From: Eledone cirrhosa
Lineage: Eukaryota
Assembly (NCBI GenBank): GCA_964016885.1
Contig: OZ024743.1
Location: forward strand, 76,260,001-76,324,000
Reading direction: 5' to 3'
DNA: 64,000 bases
Positions within the stretch are counted from its first letter, which is position 1; each line of letters starts with the position of its first letter. Of the stretch, positions 37,111 to 50,135 are shown piece after piece. Both the position numbers and the translations under genes were made by a program. The notes beneath the pieces were generated by a model. The model saw only the letters and a list, made by a program, of their open reading frames with translations. It searched no databases and was not told where the DNA came from.

Positions 37111-37667
37111 TTTCTGGGTCAGGTTCGATCATTGCATCAATCGTGCCTCGAGCTGGTAGCCAGAGAAACGACTGTAATAAGTCTAATAAATTTTAATTCG
37201 TCGCACCACTGATTCTCCGTTTCTTATGTGATATATATATAGAGAGAGATATACCATTGCCTTGTGAATTAGACTTGGTAGAAACTGCGCGGAAGCTAGT
37301 TGTGTGTGTGTGTGTCTATATTTGTTTGTGTGTGTAAGTATGTAGGTGTATGTGTGCATGTCTCCTTATGTTTACTGTTGGTTTATGTCCCGTAAGTCTG
37401 TAGTTGGACAAAGAAAGATATTCTACCACAGCTTCCAGTCGAAGTTCTGGCAGGTAAATTGTGGAGACAAGGATTACCTGGAAGCCCTGCAAATTATCTG
37501 TACCTATAATTTATGTGTAGAAGTTATTCAACTTGTTCTGCCTCAGAATTACATTAAGGTACACGTGGATATGGAATAATTAGACTCACGTTAATTTAAT
37601 GAGTAACTAAGTACTTAACGGATATTGGAGCAAATATGTGTATTAGTGTCTGTGTCTGTGTGAGAGG

Positions 37668-37965
37668 GGAGGCGCGGGGCTAGTGTTTAGTATTTTTGGC
37701 TCACAATCGTAATGTCTTGAGTTCGATTCCCGGTAGTGCATTGTGTTCTTGGGCAAGATACTTTACTTTACGTTGCTCCAGTCAACGCAGCTGACAAAAA
37801 AGAATTGTACCTGTGATCTGAAGCGTCTATCATGTCACACAGTATTTCATGCTGAATCTTCCTGCGAATTGCCTTATGGGGACACGGATGTATGGATTGT
37901 TCAGCCACTTACACGTCGATTGAAATACTTGAACACACATAGTCGCAACTGACGGAGGTTCATTC
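37668..37965 (+). mobile_element. tRNA-derived SINE (family 2)
   Basis: B box GAGTTCGATTCCC, then TGTGTTCTTGGGCAAGATACTT..GTTGCTCCAGTC. Confidence 0.75.
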
Positions 37966-38084
37966 CAAGTATACATGTATGAATATATGTGTATGTATAT
38001 ATATATATATATGTATGTATGTATATACGTGTATGTATGTATGTCGGGTCACTCTTGAATGATACTGTTAACATGTAACCCAGT

Positions 38085-38238
38085 ATAACCTGTCGTATGG
38101 TCCGGTCGTCGGCGACTAAACTGGCAACCCCACCAAGTTTACTTGGTGAGGAGGGTGATTTCGGACACCCTGCAGGACACAAAATCAAAACCTGACAAAG
38201 GGCGGAAGAACTCATAAGAGTCAACAGCCAACCAAAAA
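38085..38238 (+). mobile_element. 5' module of the RTE derivative seen at 13660-13808
   Basis: GGCGACTAAACTGGCAACCCCACCAAG..CTTGGTGAGGAGGGTGA..CCTGCAGGAC. Confidence 0.8.
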
Positions 38239-38287
38239 TGTGTAAATATGTATATACACATGTGCATATGTATATGTATGTATATGT

Positions 38288-38640
38288 GAGGGGACATAGT
38301 CGGGTTGTACACCCGATCGTGCGGTTAAACCACTGGGAGTGAAGGACCCCTAGCCTTTGCCAGGGCATTCTTCTAGGAGAAGGCAACTCAGGAAACTGGG
38401 ATAACTCCGATATAAAACCTGCGGCTCGGTAGTTACCGATGATGTTGATCTTTTCTTCTTTTCGGGTTATAGCTACTGTCGCTCAGAGAGTGGGATTGGC
38501 TCAGTGCACAGTCTTTCTTCACTTTAAAAAAATCTTTGTGCACAGGCATTGCACGATAGAATTAATTACTAATTACTAATAATGGTATATCGTGCAATAG
38601 CCATACTCGATAACGAAGGGGCAGCCATCATGTATGTGTA
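38288..38640 (+). mobile_element. Bipartite mini-RTE: 5'UTR of the full-length element joined to its 3' terminus
   Basis: Highly similar to 17700-17980 (reverse), followed directly by GCCATACTCGATAACGAAGGGGCAGCCATCATGTATG. Confidence 0.88.
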
Positions 38641-39112
38641 TATTGCTGAAGAGATGGGTGAGAGGTTAAGAAGTTCAATTCCCAATGAGGAACTCTCGGT
38701 CTTATTCAACGGCCGGCAATCTTGGTTCAGTGTTTACACCATAGCCTGGGATCGATCCAAGTCAAACAAGGATAGACTAATATTGTAAGGAAGCCATTTT
38801 GTATTGATTACACTTGCAATGTATACGTGTATATCTATTTATACAAGTGTGGGGGTGTTGGGGTGAGTGTCTGTTTGAGTGTATACAGTGTTTACAGTGT
38901 ATCTATGTATTTCCGTATCGTGGTTTCCGGTTAGCGTCAGGAAATTTGGAAACATCTATTTTCAGCCGATTTTGACGTCATTGTTCAAGAGAGTCATCAG
39001 ACGCCAACGTTTCACGTGATTACTGATGTTAACGTTCGTCTGTCTACAGTAACAACAAAAATAACAAAAAGAAGTGAGAGCAAAACGTGTATTCGCTATT
39101 GCTATGAAGTGG

Positions 39113-39810
39113 CTGAAGGCGGCGAATGTCGTTAAAATGTCAGATAGAATGTTTTGCTGTATTCGTTCGGACTCCCTACTCTTTGAGTTCAAATCCCGCC
39201 GAGGTCAACTTTGTCAACTTTCAAGGTCGATAAAAAAGTACCAGTCAAGTACTGGTCGATTCTGCCTGTATATATCTTTTCCACTCTCTCACTCTCTATC
39301 CTTCTCTGGGAGAAATCTGCTGGAGAGGGATGGGCTTTGCCAGGCTTTAAAATGGCCAAGAAACACCGTATGCCAATACTGCACCTCTACGACCTCATCA
39401 CATGTTATGCAGTCATATCACGCCATGTCATGAAGTGGCTTATGACTTGCTATGTCTCAGTCTCGTATAAATTGTATTTTCAACAATTATTATATGGCAG
39501 TATCGGTAGAGTGTCGGACGCCATGCTTTGCAGCAATGAGTTACGGCCCTTTATGGTCTGAGTTCAAATCCCGCCGAGGTTAACTTTGCCTTTCATCCTT
39601 ACGGGTTCGATAAAATAAAGTACCAGTAATGCACTGAGGTTGATCTAATCGCCCGCCCCCCCCATTGTTGGCCTTGTGCCTAAATCAGAAACCATTAGTT
39701 GTACAGCACATTTGTCAACCCCGAAACCACAGCTTCTCTGCCCATAAAGTTCACTAGAAATACCCCAGCCATGACCACACAATATTTCTTCCGACATAAA
39801 TATATATGGA
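39113..39810 (+). mobile_element. Two family-1 SINE copies (39113-39260, 39496-39700); the second has an extended tail to ~39808
   Basis: B boxes and cores present. Tail shared with 45995-46105. Confidence 0.85.
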
Positions 39811-40520
39811 GACTGGTATACATGGGCGACTGCTGGTCTTCCACACGCACACACACTTTGCCCAGACTTGTGCCTCTGTGGAAAGCTTTTAAGGTACAAA
39901 TCCCATGGCCATTTGTGACCGAAAGGGGTGTTTACCCCTACCTTTATATATGCATGAATTACACGGGCTCGGTTTCCTTTTCCATGGACAATGTTATATA
40001 TAGGGTCATCAGTGTCTACATTATTCAAATCATTGGTTTGTTTTATAAAAAAGAAAGCAGTTATGACCCTTTAACTACGATAACATTTCAAGTGTTAAGT
40101 GGAGTGATTAGAAACGGTGATTTAATTCTAGGGTGTAAAAGTTCGACAATAAATAGAGTGAGGATGAAAACACACAATCTACATCTTAATGTTATGGTAT
40201 TACTGTTGTCAAGGAAGCACCATTAAGTACTTATTACTGACCTCTGATACTTGGGATTAACATTTTTACAGTTTCTGCGCATTTGTTGTGAAGATATTCT
40301 TCTTCTGTATGAATAATTTAGGTTGAGTCCATCATTTATGTGTCCAGGACAACTGAAAACAATTATTAGTGAAGACAGAATCTATAATCGATGTTAAATG
40401 TGTTTAGTGATATGATGATGAACGATTAAATAGACATAAAGTTGGTGATAGTCAGCCTGCTTATTAACTCTCTCTTTCACAACATGGCGTATGTTGCCGT
40501 GAAAGTTATACTTTTATTAA

Positions 40521-40739
40521 CCCTTTAGCATTGAAACCGGCCATATCCGGCCAGTATTCTCTCACCTCTTTCTGTTCAAACCGGCTGTAACTGACCACTC
40601 ATACTAATGTTAAGTTATTGTTCTGAAAATAATTAATATCAAAATCCCAGATTCGATATTATGTGAGATAATTGTGTAAGATAAAGCCTTTACCGCAAAA
40701 ATACAATAGTAAATATGGAGTAATATAAATGTTAAAGGG
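40521..40739. mobile_element. piggyBac-type MITE
   Basis: TTAA|CCCTTTAGCATT ... AATGTTAAAGGG|TTAA: 12-bp TIRs with one mismatch and a TTAA TSD. Confidence 0.8.
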
Positions 40740-41065
40740 TTAAGGGACATCCATGCAAACGAACCAATTTCTACTACGTCGTTCGACCTACTAGACATAG
40801 CAACCAGGTTTCCCTCAAATCACATCCTGTCCTCTAAAAAAAGGGAGCACACATTGTACAATGTAGATATTCAGAAACCCAGTGTAGTAACGACAGCAAC
40901 TCCCTTGATTATAAAGCTATTTGAATGGGCCTAATCTGGAACTAAACAACAACAATAGCTACCCCTCGCACTAAAAGTTCCGATCACTTATCTTCTAAAA
41001 TTGTGTTATTTTACAGTTATTTTAAGCATTTGTTTATTTTTTACAAAAACTTGAACTGTCTTTAA

Positions 41066-41250
41066 TAATGGTTTCTTATATAGGCACAAGACCGGCAATT
41101 TCGGGGGAGAGGAAAGTCGATTAAATCGACACCAGTGCGTGACTGGTACTTTATTTTATCGACCCTGTAAGAATGAAAGGCAAAGCTAACCTCGGCGGGA
41201 TTTGAACTCAGAACGTAAAAAGCCGTAACTCTATGCTTCAAAGCATAGTG
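41066..41250 (-). mobile_element. tRNA-derived SINE (family 1)
   Basis: Reverse-complement B box and core. Confidence 0.85.
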
Positions 41251-41806
41251 TGAACTGTCTTTAATGATACGATGAACTAGCACCGGGTCGTCCAAGCGTC
41301 CCCTTGCCCCCACCAATATGGTCACCCTCCCTTTCAGCTTCCTGTTTACTCCAAAGCCAGTCTTTGAATGATCAAAACATTCTAAAACGCGTCCACGCGC
41401 GCAACTACACACACACATACACACACACACGAATCTTCACATGCTCGAGTGCACATGCAAACACGCACATGAATATCTGTGAATGCACACCCGCATAGCT
41501 GCCCCACCAATTACACCTCAATTCACAAATACGTCCACACAGAAAAAATAGGGCCGATGCCTAGATATATATATACCTTTTCATCTCACATACCACAGCT
41601 AAAATATATTTGTTTGTCACATCACCAGTCTGACGAGCAGATCGATGCTGGGGTCGGGTCCATAACTCCTATGGGTTACCTTGAACCAATCCTCTGCGAA
41701 ACACGGGTAACAGGTTGACACACAATAAATATTTTTTATATGTATACCTTTCTTTTATACACTCGTTTGTATATATACATGTACATGTGTGTATGTATGT
41801 GGGTAA

Positions 41807-41928
<122 letters not shown>

Positions 41929-42286
41929 GGTAAACAGAAATAACAGCACAAACGGTACAGTATATGGAAGGAATATATTAGTTTAACGCTTGAAATAGAA
42001 AACATGAGAAGAAAGAAGAATACTGCGTGGTTGCACATGGGTTACATATGATAAAAATAGTCCTTCGTCAGTGATTTTCCAACCATCATTGGTCTTTCAT
42101 CGCATTAAAAATCATATACCTCAGGTTGGTACGAGCAATAACTAAAAAAAGTTATTGGTACCAGTAAATCGCGTAAAGCGAGGGGGACAAGTGAACAACA
42201 TAGAAGGATAAAAGCAAACCAAAGATAGGAAAAAAACAAGCAACATGGTTGACCGGTCAGCATAAGCTGGGTGGATTTCATGAGCG

Positions 42287-42345
<59 letters not shown>

Positions 42346-42533
42346 TAAATCTACCAAAATATACGGTAGTGTCCAATCCGTATGAAGAACTCAATGTAAT
42401 CCGAATATCATGAAAAGAGAAGTTGTATTCAAAATTTTTTTTCGATGAAAAATACAGAAAAACAGAGTCAAGATAAATTAATAAAAATAATGAATAAAAA
42501 CAAAGAAACAGTTCTTTATATTAAAAAATTCAT

Positions 42534-42663
42534 CATTTTACGATCGTTTCTAGGATATATATGTTAGTGTTGGTATGTATATCATATAGATCTATGTAAA
42601 GTTTTTACAAACTATCAGAGGGAATATACATACCTACACATATATATGCTGTCTTCAGAAATA
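42534..42663 (-). ncRNA. Type-I hammerhead motif with a long stem II, between inverted arms
   Basis: TATTT-CTGAAGA-[~100-nt imperfect stem II]-GAAA-CGATCG-TA-AAATG. Flanking inverted arms at 42473-42520 / 42661-42707. Confidence 0.6.
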
Positions 42664-42701
42664 AGGAACTGTTTCTTTGTTTTTATTCATTATTTTTATT
42701 A

Positions 42702-42735
<34 letters not shown>

Positions 42736-43010
42736 TTGCGAGGTTTTTTTATATGAAATCGTGTGTCGAAACAAATATTGTTATACTTGGGGAGGGTCAT
42801 ATTTGTGTAATATTGCCAGCATTAATAGCAGAACACACTCACTGTTTGGTTGGTTTTCGCTTGTCGCTTCTGTGTCTTTTATATCAGTAATCTAACTTAC
42901 TCGGTCCTCAATGTTGCCATTGACTGACCGACGGTCAAAAATAATACAGATACAATATAGACACCAATACATATATATAGTTTATCATAAATCTTTCGTT
43001 GCACATCTGC

Positions 43011-43795
43011 AATTTCATTTCTCACTCTTAGTACGGCTGTTACTTAAATATGAGTATGTATACGTACATACATATATGTATAGAGACGTACAGGAGTATG
43101 TATATATATATACATATACATACATGCACGCATATATATATGTACGTATGGATTCACAGAACATTTATTATAATGATCGGTGTGTTTGTAAACAAACATC
43201 CCGAATTAAGCCGTACAGTGTCTAGCAAACATCGTTGTATGTATATATATATATACATACTACTGTACGTCTGTATACATATATGTATGTACGTATACAT
43301 ACTTATATTTATGTAACAGCCGTACTAAGAGTGAGAAATGAAATTTCGTTTCACTTTTTCTGTTTATCGTTTTCGGTACCCCGGCCGATTAACTCACTCG
43401 ATATGCAAATTAGGTTGCTCAGCCGTTAATATGCATAAGGAAGGTATATACTTTCAGACGTTCAACCATCTGGCAGGAAGGTATACGTTGCTGACGATAG
43501 CTAATAAGCTTGAAACTAGTACAGCGTTCCTTTGTCAGTGTTGAACAAATGAGCAACGATGGTTGCTAGACACTGTACGGCTTAATTCGGGATGTTTGTT
43601 TACAAACACACCGAGCATTATAATAAATGTTCTGTGAATCCATACTTACATATATATATGTGTGCATGTATGTATATATATATACATACTACTGTAGTCT
43701 GTATACATATATGTATGTACGTATACATACTTATATTTAAGTAACAGCCGTACTAAGAGTGAGAAATGAAATTTCGTTTCATTTTTTCCGTTTAT
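43011..43795 (+). mobile_element. Penelope-pLTR/retrozyme-like non-coding element (partial tandem plus inverted copy)
   Basis: Direct repeat 43255-43366 / 43684-43794 (period ~428). Inverted copy 43011-43238 vs 43554-43773. Central hammerhead. Confidence 0.7.
43485..43527 (+). ncRNA. Type-I minimal hammerhead ribozyme motif
   Basis: ACGTTG-CTGACGA-T-AGCT-AATA-AGCT-T-GAAA-CTAG-TA-CAGCGT: 6-bp stem I, palindromic stem III, GUA site. Confidence 0.82.
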
Positions 43796-43819
43796 ATATA
43801 CATACATATATATATATAA

Positions 43820-43894
<75 letters not shown>

Positions 43895-43980
43895 ATGGAA
43901 AATTTGAACAGGAACGAAACAGAGGCAGTACAACGAATGTTTATTAATTTCACGCTCTTGAGAGTGGGGTGGTGGTGGGG

Positions 43981-44015
43981 AACGACGTTTCGGGCATAAG
44001 CCCTTCTTCAGGTGA
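43981..44015 (-). ncRNA. Penelope-type hammerhead motif
   Basis: CAC-CTGAAGA-A-GGGC-TTAT-GCCC-GAAAC-GTC, with AATAAA downstream. Weak stem I. Confidence 0.65.
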
Positions 44016-44263
44016 AAAGTGTGTGGGAAGAGAGTTCAAAGGGTGTGTAGGGGAGTGGTGGAGAGACATATAGCGAAAAGGGGCTGGGAGGAAACGGTGC
44101 GAATGAAATTAAAAATAAAAGCATGATCAAAATAAAATTAAAATGGGGTAAAACAGGTGGTGGAAGGGTGTGGGGCGTGTAGGGGTGGTGGCGGGTGGAG
44201 TGGGGAGAGGGATACGGGGTGTCCGAGCGGGGAGGGCTGAAGGTGGTGTGTGTGTGTAGGTGT

Positions 44264-44322
<59 letters not shown>

Positions 44323-44860
44323 AAAGCAAGGGTTGGGGGAAGAACGGCGTTGCATGTTCAGGAAGAGGTGTGTGTGGGGTGGGGTGTAGGTTGGAGTGTG
44401 TGTGCGTATGTAGATAGAGGGGTGGGGGGGAGAGGAATCCGGAGGCTGAATGTGTAAATATGTGGTGGAACGCACGTGTGTGTGAGGTTTAAGCGTGTTG
44501 TGGGTGTAGGTGGCGTGTGGGAAAACAAATTTTTGGGGGTGTGTGTGTGGGTGAGTCAAAAAGGTGATTCCGTGAGAAGATGTTGTGGAATAGTTGGTAA
44601 AATCCTAGGATGGTAGTTGATTCCACGGTCAAGGTCCACATACGAGTAATCCGTGAAGAGATGGTCGAAAGAGGGGAGATGTGGGGTGCGCGCGGAACAG
44701 GAAGTGGTCAAGGCAGTAGGAGTGTGCTGTGTGTCTGTGTGTGCTGGGAGATGGTCAGAGGGCATAGCAGCAGTAGGGGGGAATGGTAAAAGGGCGAGGA
44801 TGGGTAGGTGTGAAAGTTGGAGTTAGGAGGGGTGTGGGTATTAGTAGAGGTGTTAGTGGG

Positions 44861-44898
<38 letters not shown>

Positions 44899-45399
44899 AC
44901 AATTCTAAAAATGTATACATATATTGCATATATACACTACACTGTAGAGTCTAGTAAACTTTACTTTCAAATGGCTTGAATGTCGGAAAAATATGTCTTT
45001 TGTTTAACAATACAAAAAGCGGTGGTAGTTACTATAGAAATACAGCAAAAATGGTGAAAATACGAGTCATGGCTGACTGTGAATATTCCGAACACATCGT
45101 GAAAATATGACGTCATTAGTGATACAAGGAGTTTGTTGTTGCTAGACTTATCGTCTGCTATGTTTGGACTGTAGTCATAACAACACGGAGAAAATTGAAG
45201 TGTAAATGTATATGATGAAGTGAATGTATGTTTATGTATTCTTAAAAGAGGGAGTACATTATCAATTAGAGAGTTCTTTGAATGTGTTATCTTCGTTATT
45301 GGAATGTAATAATTCACTCATTAATTTGTTAGATTATCTTTTATTGTTTGACGTATGCGTCATTAACTCCAATATGGCGACTGGATGACTGAATCTGTA

Positions 45400-45690
45400 G
45401 AGTATAAGTCTAAAGTCTGTCTCAAACTAGGAGGCTCATCAGGTCGGTGCTTATCTCGGTTCCATGGTGTGAAGGTACTGAGAGTACATGAGTCCCCCTG
45501 GGCAGGACACCAGTTCATCGCAGGGTTAACCCCCAGATATTACTGGTACTCATTTACAGCTGAGTATACCGGAGCAACGTGAAATGAAATGTTTTGCTCA
45601 AGAACACCACACACAACCCAGCCCAGGAATCGAATTTACGACATTCTGATCGTAAGGCCAACATCCTTGCCACTAGGCCACTCGCCTCCA
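45400..45690 (-). mobile_element. tRNA-derived SINE (family 2), full length
   Basis: Head GGAGGCGAGTGGCCTAGTGG..TTCGATTCCTGG and core CACGTTGCTCC..CAGCTGTAAATGAGTACC. Confidence 0.8.
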
Positions 45691-45794
45691 CATATAGAGG
45701 CTTGGAAAAGTACCTAGTAATTGGTTTTGTCCCTTAAAGTTCTGAGTTGAAAATTTGGCTCAAGTGACTTTATTCTATTAATTATACAGCGCAT

Positions 45795-46242
45795 TAGGGT
45801 AGAGCGCCGAACATCATGCTTTGCAGCATAAAGTTACGACCCTTTGTGTTCTGAGTTCAAATCCCGCCAAGGTCAACTTTGTCTTTCATCCTTACAGGTT
45901 CGATAAAATAAAGTACCAGTAATGCACTAAGGTTGATCTAATCGCCCCCCCCCCCCCCCAAATTGTTGGCCTTGTGTCTAAATCAGAAACCATTAGTTGT
46001 ACAGCACATTTGTCAACCTCGAAACCACAGCTTCTCTGTCCATAAAGTTCACTAGAAAAATCCCAGCCATGACCACACAATATTTCTTCCGACATAAATA
46101 TATATCGACTACATATATCAGTTGGAGACGGTTGCATCTGACAGGATCCACTGGAGGGAGTGTTTGAGGACTGTGCTCCCCCCCCCCCCCCACACACACA
46201 CACCCCACGACCCTCTCAGGAATAAGTGGGCGAAGAAGAAGA
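45795..46242 (+). mobile_element. Family-1 SINE with extended tail, followed by an RTE 3'-end fragment (46117-46242)
   Basis: B box and core, then CAGTTGGAGACGG...ATAAGTGGGCGAAGAAGAAG as at 18513-18600. Confidence 0.8.
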
Positions 46243-46701
46243 GATATATCCATCCATTACTAATAGTGAAGCAGGCAGTATATCAACAGAGGTAATTGAA
46301 CCATAGAGGGGTAAATGATATAGCTAAATGTAAAGGATTCCTAATTTTCCAAGGGTTGTGTGAGATGGATGTGAAAGCTGTTTATATTGACAGTCACTGT
46401 TTTGGAATACCCAAACTTCTAAGAAGGATGTCTACACTTTTTTATGGCTATTTTAGGGTGTGATTCGAACGCAAGAAGTAAATAAAACACCAGTAATATA
46501 CTGCAGTATATTCAATCGACTTTCCCCTCCCATTAAAAAAAATTGCTGTCCTTGTGCCTAAAGTAGAAACAATTATCATTATATATATATATGTATATAT
46601 ATATAAAAAACAATTATGTGAAAAGCATACAGATAAAAATATACCTAATATTTCTTCAAAGTCTCGACTTTATATATACATTATATACATTATATACATC
46701 A

Positions 46702-46749
<48 letters not shown>

Positions 46750-46786
46750 ATATAAGATCAAAAGATGGTTAAAGGAGTTCCATGTA

Positions 46787-46853
46787 TTTTATTATGCGCA
46801 TTTCAAAAACAAACATCATCATGCAATAATATTTGTGTTTTCATCAGATAAAA
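46787..46853 (-). ncRNA. Type-I hammerhead ribozyme motif
   Basis: TTTTAT-CTGATGA-[stem II incl. ACAAATAT/ATGTTTGT]-GAAA-TGCGCA-TA-ATAAAA. Confidence 0.75.
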
Positions 46854-47052
46854 CAGGAGAACATGATATGAAGGCTAAAAAACACTTGTGGATACACAAG
46901 TGTTTTTTAGGGACGGTCATATTGTTATTTTTTCTGGCAATATGACCCTCTCCAAGTATAACAATATTTGTTTCGACATACGATTTCATATCAAAGACCT
47001 TGCAAAAAAATATATATACATCAGTCTATATATATATAAATATATATATATA

Positions 47053-47160
47053 TATTAAAATAACAGATTAAAGTTTAAGCAAAGAATCGCTGCTTTCACC
47101 CCTAACGTTAAGGGTGAAAGCAGCGGTTCTTTGCTTAAACTTTAATCTGTTATTTTAATA
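47053..47160. repeat. ~54-bp-arm palindrome centred on TAAC|GTTA
   Basis: Near-perfect arms. The left arm matches 31497-31535. Confidence 0.92.
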
Positions 47161-47239
47161 AATATTTGCTCTAGGGTTCTTATATATTTGATATATATTT
47201 ATCCTTATCGAGCCCTCTCTGGATTTTAGTCGTCACATT

Positions 47240-47275
<36 letters not shown>

Positions 47276-47335
47276 CGAAGGAAATGTGGTAAGGAACCAG
47301 GTGGACCATAACGCACCAAAGTACTCAATACTTAG

Positions 47336-47372
<37 letters not shown>

Positions 47373-47512
47373 CCGTATGTGGCTGACGGCTGAGAGAAAA
47401 GAGTACTCAATACCGAAGTAGAGTTTTAATATTCATTTCATTAAGGCTAAATAGTGAGTGTTATGACATGTTATTTCGCCTCTTTATCACAGGATTGTCA
47501 AACTACACACAC

Positions 47513-47592
<80 letters not shown>

Positions 47593-47734
47593 TATGTGTG
47601 TGTGTGTGGATTAATATGATCGACTATTTCTGTTGTTATTTATATTATTTTTTATATATATATTTATACAATTTTATACACATTTTGTCAACGACTGCCT
47701 TCTTTTCTATCTGGAACCCTTCCCACGCCTACTT

Positions 47735-48830
47735 CTCCTTATCCCACACAATATATTGATATATTTGTTCCATCACCCTCCCCCCACACACACACACCAG
47801 CGGCCTCTCACTGCTCCCCTACTACCTTATCCCACACAATATATTGATATATTTGTTCCATCACCCCCCCCCACACACACACACACACACCAGCGGCCTC
47901 GCACTGCTCCCCTACTACCTTATCCCACACAATATATTGATATACTTGCTCCCCCCCCACCCACCCACCCACCAGCGGCTCGCACTGCTCCCCTACTACC
48001 TTATCCCACACAATATATTGATATACTTGCTCCCCCCCACCCACCCACCCACCAGCGGCTCGCACTGCTCCCCTACTACCTTATCCCACACAATATATTG
48101 ATATACTTGCTCCCCCCCACCCACCCACCAGCGGCCTCGCACTGCTCCCCTACTACCTTATCCCACACAATATATTGATATACTTGCTCCCCCACCCACC
48201 CACCAGCGGCCTCGCACTGCTCCCCTACTACCTTATCCCACACAATATATTGATATACTTGCTCCCCCCACCCACCCACCAGCGGCCTCGCACTGCTCCT
48301 CTACTACCTTATCCCACACAATATATTGATATACTTGCTCCCCCCACCCACCCACCAGCGGCCTCGCACTGCTCCTCTACTACCTTATCCCACACAATAT
48401 ATTGATATACTTGCTCCCCCACCCACCCACCAGCGGCTCGCACTGCTCCCCTACTACCTTATCCCACACAATATATTGATATACTTGCTCCCCCCACCCA
48501 CCCACCAGCGGCCTCGCACTGCTCCTCTACTACCTTATCCCACACAATATATTGATATACTTGCTCCCCCCACCCACCCACCAGCGGCTCGCACTGCTCC
48601 CCTACTACCTTATCCCACACAATATATTGATATACTTGCTCCCCCACCCACCCACCAGCGGCTCGCACTGCTCCCCTACTACCTTATCCCACACAATATA
48701 TTGATATATTTGCTCCCCCCCCCCCCACCAGCGGCCTCGCACTGCTCCCCTACTACCTTATCCCACACAATATATTGATATATTTGCTCCCCCCCCCCCA
48801 CCAGCGGCCTCGCACTGCACCCCTGCTACT
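47735..48830. repeat. ~75-85-bp minisatellite, about 14 copies
   Basis: Unit CCTTATCCCACACAATATATTGATATACTTGCT-(C-run/CCCA)n-CCAGCGGCCTCGCACTGCTCCCCTACTA. Confidence 0.95.
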
Positions 48831-48959
48831 CCCTAATAAACTGTATGGAGACATTATGTTAACCAAAGGATAAACGGTGATGTTTCCTTAGCATGTAATT
48901 AAGCTACGCTTGAGTTGTTTAATAACTCCATTGAGCTACTTAACGACATGCATGAAGGA

Positions 48960-49515
48960 AGCACACACATTCACTAACATAAGCCCATACATGCACACAT
49001 ATACACATACACACACACACTCATTAACATAAGCCCATACATGCACATACACACACACACACACACATTCACTAACATACGCCCATACATGCACACATAC
49101 ACACACACATTCACTAACATAAGCCCATATATGCACACATACACACACACACACACATTTACTAAAATAAGCCCATAGATGCACGCATATACACATGCAC
49201 ACACACACTAACATAACCCCACACATACACGCATATACACATACACACACACACATTCACTAACTTACACAAGCAAACATAAGCTCACCATTGCACACAT
49301 ATACACATACACACACATATATTCACTTATTCACACAAGCGAACATAAGCTCACACATACACGCATATACACATACACAAACACACACACACACATTCAC
49401 CAACTTACACAAACGAACATAAGCCCACACAAACACACATATACGCATGCATCGTTACAAAGACGTAGATATGCATTCACTCACTCACACAAACGAACAT
49501 TAGCCCACACGCATA
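48960..49515. repeat. CA-rich degenerate minisatellite
   Basis: Recurring ACATTCACTAACATAAGCCCATACATGCAC. Confidence 0.85.
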
Positions 49516-49527
49516 TATTTACACATT

Positions 49528-49888
49528 ATGATGATGATGGCTGCCCCCTCGTTATCGAGTATGGCCATTGCACGATATACCATTATTAGTAATTATTAAT
49601 TAATTCTATCGTGCAATGCCTGTGCGTAAAGATATTTTTTTGAAGTGAGGAAAGACTGTGCATTGAGCCAATCCCACTCTCTGAGCGACAGTAGCTGTAA
49701 CCCGAAAAGTAGAAAAGATCCACATCATCGGTAACTACTGAGCCGCAGGTTTTATATCGGAGTTAGCCCAGTTTCCTGAGTTGCCTTCTCCTAGAAGAAT
49801 GCCCTGACAAAGGCTAGGGGTCCTTCACTCCCAGTGGTTTAACCGCGCGATCCGGTGTCCAGCCCGACTATTTCTGTGTCCCTGCGCA
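49528..49888 (-). mobile_element. Bipartite mini-RTE (second copy)
   Basis: Same 5'UTR, AT-rich junction and 3' terminus as 38288-38640; (CAT)n tail. Confidence 0.88.
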
Positions 49889-50135
49889 TATACATACACA
49901 TGCACCCATACATATGTACATGTGTATATACATATGTGTATATACATACACACACACATACACACAGATACACATATACACAGACACATATGCACACATA
50001 AAAAATACTTCTATTTAAACATGTAGATGTTATTCGCCGGAGATTTTCAGGAATTCGCTTCTTTGTTGACAACCTCTCTCTTAACTCAGGTTCTATATGA
50101 TGTACCTAGTGTTGTGATTAGTAGTGTCCTGTTTA

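Noticed and set aside
47735-48830. CRISPR-like repeat/spacer appearance (also 891-2044 and 10168-10660)
   Set aside because: The variable parts are slippage variants rather than unique spacers; the context is eukaryotic and there are no cas genes.
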